From the human T2T-CHM13v2.0 reference genome, Homo sapiens: 64,000 nucleotides of DNA. A program made the translations under genes and the position numbers. Location of the stretch: NCBI RefSeq assembly GCF_009914755.1, contig NC_060931.1; one strand, given 5' to 3'. This document shows positions 57,568 to 64,000 of this stretch, one piece after another. The notes beneath the pieces are model-generated. The model was given only the letters and a program-made list of their open reading frames with translations. It searched no databases and had not been told where the DNA came from. Positions within the stretch are counted from its first letter, which is position 1, and each line of letters opens with the position of its first letter.

Positions 57568-59172
57568 AATGATACTGATAGTAATGTTGATGGTGGTGAT
57601 GATGGTGGTGAGAAAATAATGATGCTGATGATATGATGATGATGGTGAAGATGGTGATGATGGAGATGATGGTGATGATGATGACAGAAATGATAATGAT
57701 GGTGATGATAGTTATAATGGTGACAGAGATAATGATAGTGGTGATTGTGATGACAGAGATGATAGTAATGAAGATGATGATGATGATGAAGATGATGATA
57801 GTGATGATGATGTAGATAATAGTAATTATGATGATGATGATGATGGAGATGATGATGGAGATGATGATAGTGATGATGGTGATAATAATAGAGATAATAG
57901 TAATGATGAAGATGATAGTGATGATGCTGGTGATGATAGTGATGATCTTGATGATAATAAAGATGATAGTAATAATAATGGAGATGATGATTGGGAAAAT
58001 AGTGATGATGGTGATGATGATGAAGATGATGATAGTGATGAGAGTGATTATGATGGAGATAATAACAGTGATAATGATGAGGGAGATGATGATAGTGATG
58101 ATGCTGACAATAATGTAGATAATAGTAATGATGTGATGATTATGATTGAGATGATGGTGATGATGATGGAGATGATAGTGATGATAGCGATGATATGATG
58201 ATGGAGATGATAACAGTAATGATAATGATAATGGTGATGATGATATTGATGTTGATGATAATAAAGTATAGTAATGATAATGGAGATGATGAGATAATAG
58301 TGATGATGGTGATGATGATGATGGTGCTGATGATAGTGATGATGGTGATGATGATGATGGTGCTGTTGATAGTGATGATGGTGATGATGATGATGGAGAT
58401 GATAGTGATGATGGCAATGATATGATAGTGGAGATGATAAGAGTAATGATAGTGATGATGATGATATTGATGTTGATGATAATGAAGATTATAGTAATGA
58501 TAATGGAGAAGATGGAGATAATAGTGATGATGGTGATGATGATGATGGAGGTGATGATAGGGATGATGGTGATGATGATGAAGATGATTATAGTGATAAG
58601 TGTAATTATGATGGCGATAGTAATGGTGGTGATGATGATGATGGAGATGATGGTTATGATGATGATGGAGACAATAGTGATGATAATAATGGAGATGATG
58701 ATAGTGATGATGATGATGATGGAGATGATGGAGATGATAATGATGATGATGATGGAGATGATAGTGATGATGGTGATGATAATGGAGATGATAGTAACTA
58801 TGGTGATAATGATGGAGATGATGATGGAGATGACAGTGTTGATAGTGATGATAAAGATGGAGATGATGATGGTGATACTGATGATGAAAATGATAGTGAG
58901 GAGAGTGATTGTGATGGAGATAATAGTAATAATGGTGATGATGATGGAGATGACAGTGATGATGTTGATGATAATGGAGATGATGGTAATGATGGTGATG
59001 ATGATGATAATGGAGATGATGGTGGAGATAATGATGATGGTAATGATTACGATGGAGATGATAATAGTGATGATGGTGTTGTTGGTGATGATAGTGATGG
59101 TAATGATGGAAATGATATTGATGGTGATGATAGTGATTACTATGTTGATGCTATCAGTTGTGATGGTGATGC
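57568..59172. repeat. 1.6-kb degenerate (GAT)n-type triplet repeat in ABCA13 intron 2
   Basis: Continuous GAT/GGT/AAT/AGT/GGA triplets with almost no C on the + strand. Confidence 0.95.
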
Positions 59173-59554
59173 TCTGATAAACTATTACTGGTAACTTCCT
59201 GTGCTTCAGGAAAATGGTCAGATGGACCATTTTGTTTTTCTGGGTTGAAACCTTAACAACATCACTCCTTGAGAAATAGTGGCCTGCTTTGTCTCTATCA
59301 GGCTATACCACTTAAATATGTATAATGTGGTTGACTCTGTAATCATTACATCAATAAGGGTTTAATAAGTGTTGGGATTTACCCAAAACAGTGTGTCAGT
59401 TATATTTAGGTTTTACACATATTAGGACCATTCCTATCAGTTTGTCTTTGTTGTTTGGAGACTCTATTGTGTGTTGCAGAATGGAAAAATGTAAAACCAT
59501 GTGAGTAAAATATCATTTAAGAAAACCTAAAAAGCTTTTCAGGGTTTCTACTTT

Positions 59555-60720
59555 ATTATTTATTTATTCAATAAATATGTATTGAGTGCCTTTTGTGTTT
59601 CAGGCTGAGAATAAAATGGTGGACAAGGCATTTTCCCTGCCTTTGCAGAGCTCACTGTAGGGCCAGACTATTAGACTGTAGTGGGAAAATTGCCATGATG
59701 GGATTTTATACAGGGAGCCATGTGAGCACACAAGAGGGTCAGCCAATCCATTCTAAAGAAAGCCTTCTCAGGCACTGTGCAACTTTGTCAGAACAAGAGA
59801 GTGCAGAGGAGAAATTGTCTAGGCAGGGCAGACAGCATGGACAAAAACCTAAAGTAGAACCAAAAGGCAGAGATGTGGCTGAAGTAGTAAGCAGGGTCAA
59901 ATCAATAAAGGGCTTTGTATGATGTTGAGGATGGTGAACTCTCAAAGAACATGAAGGAGCCATTGAAAGGTTTCAGGCAAGGTCATAATAAAATGAGCAT
60001 TTAGGGGTCACATTCTGGACACTGGAAAAGGCAGAATTTGGGATTGGTGGAGAGCAACACTAGAGAAGGCAAGATCAACTTGTGGAACTCTTGAATAACC
60101 AGGCAAGAGATGGTTGTGCCCTGAAGCAGTGGGAAAAGGGCAGATTCAACAGACATGAAGGAGGTAAGATGGGAAGAAACAACTGGCTGGATGCATGAGG
60201 ACAGGGAGGCCTTTGACTGGAACAGCTGAGTGGAGAGTGCACTCCCACTGAACTGACAGGGCACAGGACATGTGGGGGATTTGGGGAGCTGTGCTCAGCA
60301 TGACCATCCTGAATTTGAGGGACTCTTGTGATTGTCAGAGTGAGTCGCCTAATCAATCAGATTATGAATTTGGAATCACATAGATGAGGACACCTAAGAA
60401 GGAGAAACTTCCAGAACATAGGCCTCAAGAAGAGCACATTCAAGGGACAAGTAGAGGAGACAATAAGCAGCAACCAGAGTGCTGGAAGGGAAACAAAGAG
60501 GTTTGGAGTCTGCCTGGGAAGCACTGAAAGAAGGAGGTATGGCAGAGTGACAGGTGCTGTTGCTGCATGAGTAGATAAGGACTGACAAGTTCTCCAGGGC
60601 AGTTCAGTAGAGGGATAGGATGAGGAGGGCCAGGCTGCAGCAGCCTGAAGAGCAAAGGGAGTGAAAAAAGGGAAGGTAAGTGATAGAAAACCAGGTGTAC
60701 TGTGCAGGAGAAACGGGCAA
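59555..60720 (-). mobile_element. L2 fragment
   Basis: TTTATTCAATAAATATGTATTGAGTGCC (antisense L2 3' end) and a purine-rich body. Confidence 0.7.
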
Positions 60721-62283
60721 AACAGGGCAAAAAAAGCTTGCATGCAACCAGAGGATAACGTGGTATCAGGACTGATAAGAAGCCTCAAAATGATAGTGGC
60801 TAATGCAAAATTGTGAATGATTTAGTTGTAAATGATAGAGAGCACTAAGTCTGCCATCCACTGTGGTACTAGCTCAGTCCTGCCCTATGGAAAGGGTAGC
60901 TTATGATGTTCCTTATCCTCGAAGTTTCCATCCATCCATTAAACATTTATCAAACTCTTGCTTTGTATCAGGACTGCAGTCCAACAAAGATGTGGCCCAA
61001 AGAAACACTGGAAATGTTTCCTAGAGGTATGCAGATGAGCTTTCCTACAGAAGGGAAGGCTTTGTCAGAGCCTCAAGGGGCTCAAGAGTCAAAATTGATC
61101 AAGGACTGCACGTTGAAGCTCCATCAAGCCCCCCATCAGCTCTGTGGGGATGGGCATGGCGTGCAACCTTTGTGAGCCTCTTCTCTATAAAGACAGCAAA
61201 TTTCCCCTGGCTCCCAGGGCTGCTGTGAGGACTTGGTGAGAAAGCCAGTCAGGAGCATGCACTCAGCACCAGCCTGGCATGGCAATGACTAAAAAATGCC
61301 CATCCCCCTCCCTCATGCTTCCCACTGTTTTGGGGTGGCCTGATGTTACCATGCCAGGTCTTTAATCTTGGAGACAAAGTGTGCCCAGGGCTGAAGTCCT
61401 CAGTCTCTGACCCACTGAGCACTGTCTGTGGGGCCACCATTTCTGATGTGTTCCTGGAGAGATAGATGGGACACAGAAGTCACGTCAAGGAAATGCACTA
61501 TCTGGGCACTGTTGCTGACCCCTGAAGTCACCACCATGTGGAAGATGTTCTGTGCCTGTCTTGTTACAGGAAGAGCTGGCCCCGTTCTTGTGCTGTGACT
61601 GAGAGGGACCTTAGAAAAGGTGATATGGATTTTACAACTTTAGAATGAAGCCAAAGACTGCATATATGGGTATTTTCACTAAGAATAAATAATCTTCCAA
61701 AGTTAAGATTATTTGCATAGGAAAGTGAAATTTCCTGTTAAGTGCCTTGAGAGATTAAAGCTTGAGAAGCTTTATTTATCTGTCCCAGTAAATTCTGTTT
61801 GTGCTGGTGAAGTTAGGCTTGTGATCACCTATGGTTTGGGCAGGCTGCACATGCAGGAGGACAGGCACAAGCCCAGGGTGCTGCTGCTTCCTCGAGCTAC
61901 ATATGAATGTGAAAACCGCTGTCAGGGCAGCGCTGCCTTTGTGTTCTGGCTTTCAGGGACTGGGAAAAGAGAAAGACAAGAAGCGGTCACAGACCCTGGG
62001 GAGACCTGGGAAAGTGCTCCAGGTTTCAGATGGGCCCTGGCAATACTGGGGCGCTGGACAGGCATCTCCATTCCAGGTCTGCTCCCTGGGGAGGTAGTGA
62101 GGTGTGGTAGAATGAACATTTGACCTGGAGTCAAAGTAGATAAGGGCTGACAAGTTTTCCAGGGCAGTTCAGTAGAGGGATAGGATGAGGAGGGCCCGGC
62201 TGCAGCAGCCTGAAGAGCAAAGGGAGTGAGAAAAGGGAAGGTAAATGATAGAAAACCAGGTGTACTGTGCAGGAGAAACGGGC
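60570..62283 (+). repeat. 149-bp direct duplication (60570-60718 and 62135-62283)
   Basis: Ungapped alignment by eye, 5 mismatches in 149 bp, offset 1565. Confidence 0.95.
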
Positions 62284-62937
62284 CGGTAATCATAAGTTTC
62301 ATGTTGCTGCAGCCATCAGCATCCTCACCACTCCCACCCTCCTGATGGTGTGAAGGGAGGATATGGTTGGGGATGTGTAAACAGCACATTATCCATAGAG
62401 GTGGCTATTTTGTAGTGACATTTGTTCTGAAAAGTCCTATTCAGTGTAGACAATTTTTTTGTATTATACAATATTTAACAACTATATTTAAACATTAAGA
62501 ATTCAACTTGCATTAAGCTTGAAGTTTTTTTGCCAAAACTAAAAACTCCTACATTTTTATATGAGATGGGAAGAAGCATCCTTTCTATTCTTCCTACCCA
62601 CAGCTTGTTTACAGAGAGCGGTGTCTGGAAGCTTGGCTGTGCATCAGGGTTATTTCCACTCAGTGAATGGGGAAGCTTGTGAATCCTGCAGCTATATGGC
62701 TGCTCAGAGCCATTCTGCCTTGAAACATGAGTACTGACCCTGGAAGAAAGGTGTTAGATATAAAGGTTTTTCCATTTTGTTTGATTCTTTTTGTCTGAGC
62801 CCTTAGATCTCCTTTAAATTAATAGCAAGGTTAATAATATAATAATATGATGTTATATATTACAATTTCAACTCAACAGGAATTCCATTTCTGGTAGCAG
62901 GTATACGGACTCATTTCTTCTTTGCATCTATTTCTAG

Positions 62938-63061
62938 GTTATTTGCAGCCCCGAGATCTACCCAGCTGTGGTGTTATCCCCTTTGTTCAAAGCCTTCTTT
63001 GTAACACTGGATCAAGGTGTAGGAACTTCAGCTATGAAGGGTCAATGGAGCATCATTTTCG
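62938..63061 (+). CDS. ABCA13: ABCA13 coding exon 3 ([42 protein letters not shown])
   Basis: Pyrimidine tract + TTTCTAG acceptor, 124 nt, donor GTAAGA at 63062; phase-1 junction T|GT gives Cys; ABCA motif LPSxGxxPFxQxxxC. Confidence 0.96.
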
Positions 63062-63950
63062 GTAAGAGAAACACAAAGATCTTTTTCAGAAATCTCAGAA
63101 AGCTGATACATAGAACAGGCTTCTGCTTTTTGTAAAGCCTCAATAATTTGGGATAGGTCAGAGATCATGAGAAGTATAGAAATTAAAGTTTTATTAAATT
63201 CAGAGTCATATAATTCTGCCTCCAACTAATGGTTAGCTTCCAGCAGGAGATCTTTCCACTGTCACTTGCGGGACTCACAGAGTAATAACTGATTAGCAAA
63301 TGCCATTTGCATGTAATAATTTGTTTTCTGTAGGTTAAAACTCTTGACTTCAAAATTACTTGTCTAGCCAACTTTTCATTTTAGTGCCACATGCCCCCAG
63401 AACAATTATTTTTTGAGCTACCTACTGGGTTTTTTCTCCTGTGCTACTAGTTGACTAGAATCTTGTCGCCAGCTGAGGGAAAATAAAACTGGGCAGTAAC
63501 TCTTTATTTGTCATAAACCACCTAAACGGACTACAGGACAGTTAAGTTGCCTTCTCTGAGTCTCTGAATGCTGAGCTATGCCTGTGGTTGCCTACAGTGT
63601 CAGTTGGCCTTAAACTCAAGAAGAGAAGGAGAAGAAGATATTTCATGTGAGAAGAGACAAAGTGAGGGGGTTTAACTTGGGGGATCCTGAATGCCCTGGA
63701 AACTTCTCCCAGGTGAAGTTAGGAAGGGAAGGAAGTGGCTAGCGGATTAAGATAGTTTGAATTTATCAGGTATGAATGATCTGAGTTTTATTTAATCTAT
63801 ATTTACTAATATTAAACAATCTAAGATATTTAAATGTAAAGCAAATGTTGACATATATGATCTTTATTTTCCAACTCTAAGTTACAAGAGGAAAATTAAA
63901 AGTTTCCAGATAATTTTCGGCATATCAGGTACAATATTTATAAATGGTGT

Positions 63951-64000
63951 TGTTTTAGTTCATTTGGGCTGCTATAATGAAATACCATAAACTGTGTGGC
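63951..64000 (-). mobile_element. MaLR (MST/MLT1A) LTR end, cut by window edge
   Basis: TGTTTTAGTTCATTTGGGCTGCTATAATGAAATACCATAAACT. Confidence 0.7.

Noticed and set aside
57554-59230. 558-aa antisense ORF and Met-rich sense ORFs as real proteins
   Set aside because: Expected by-product of an (ATC/GAT)n triplet repeat, which lacks stops in those frames; no domain or codon complexity.
62880-62900. Possible 21-nt microexon (CAACAG|GAATTCC...GCAG|GTATAC)
   Set aside because: The following intron would be only 37 nt, too short, and the donor is weak.
62860-63371. Minus-strand protein-like reading suggesting a processed pseudogene
   Set aside because: Multiple stops, no recognisable homologue, poly-A or TSD; it overlaps the genuine + strand ABCA13 exon 3.

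Overview
Primate (almost certainly human) genomic DNA containing the 5' end of ABCA13 on the + strand. Three coding exons splice in frame: 35694-35762, 57142-57235 and 62938-63061, giving [95 protein letters not shown](R). The supplied ORF track misses all three. The ~35 kb upstream is almost entirely transposable-element derived, with several nested endogenous retroviruses: a deleted HERV-K(HML-5)/LTR22 provirus inside a MER61-type LTR, a MER4 LTR inside another MER4 LTR, solo LTR7, LTR14, MER50 and LTR12, a MER21 element and a deleted MLT2/ERVL provirus. It also holds an old L1 carrying MER1B, and many Alus. The introns hold Alus, L1/L2/MIR remnants, a 1.6-kb degenerate (GAT)n repeat just after exon 2, and a recent 149-bp local duplication that carries splice-site-like signals. 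I find no convincing new biological system. The most testable oddities are the duplicated putative poison-exon cassette, the 1.6-kb triplet repeat and the ERV nesting/rearrangement structures. Repeat family names come from recalled consensus sequences, not from a search.
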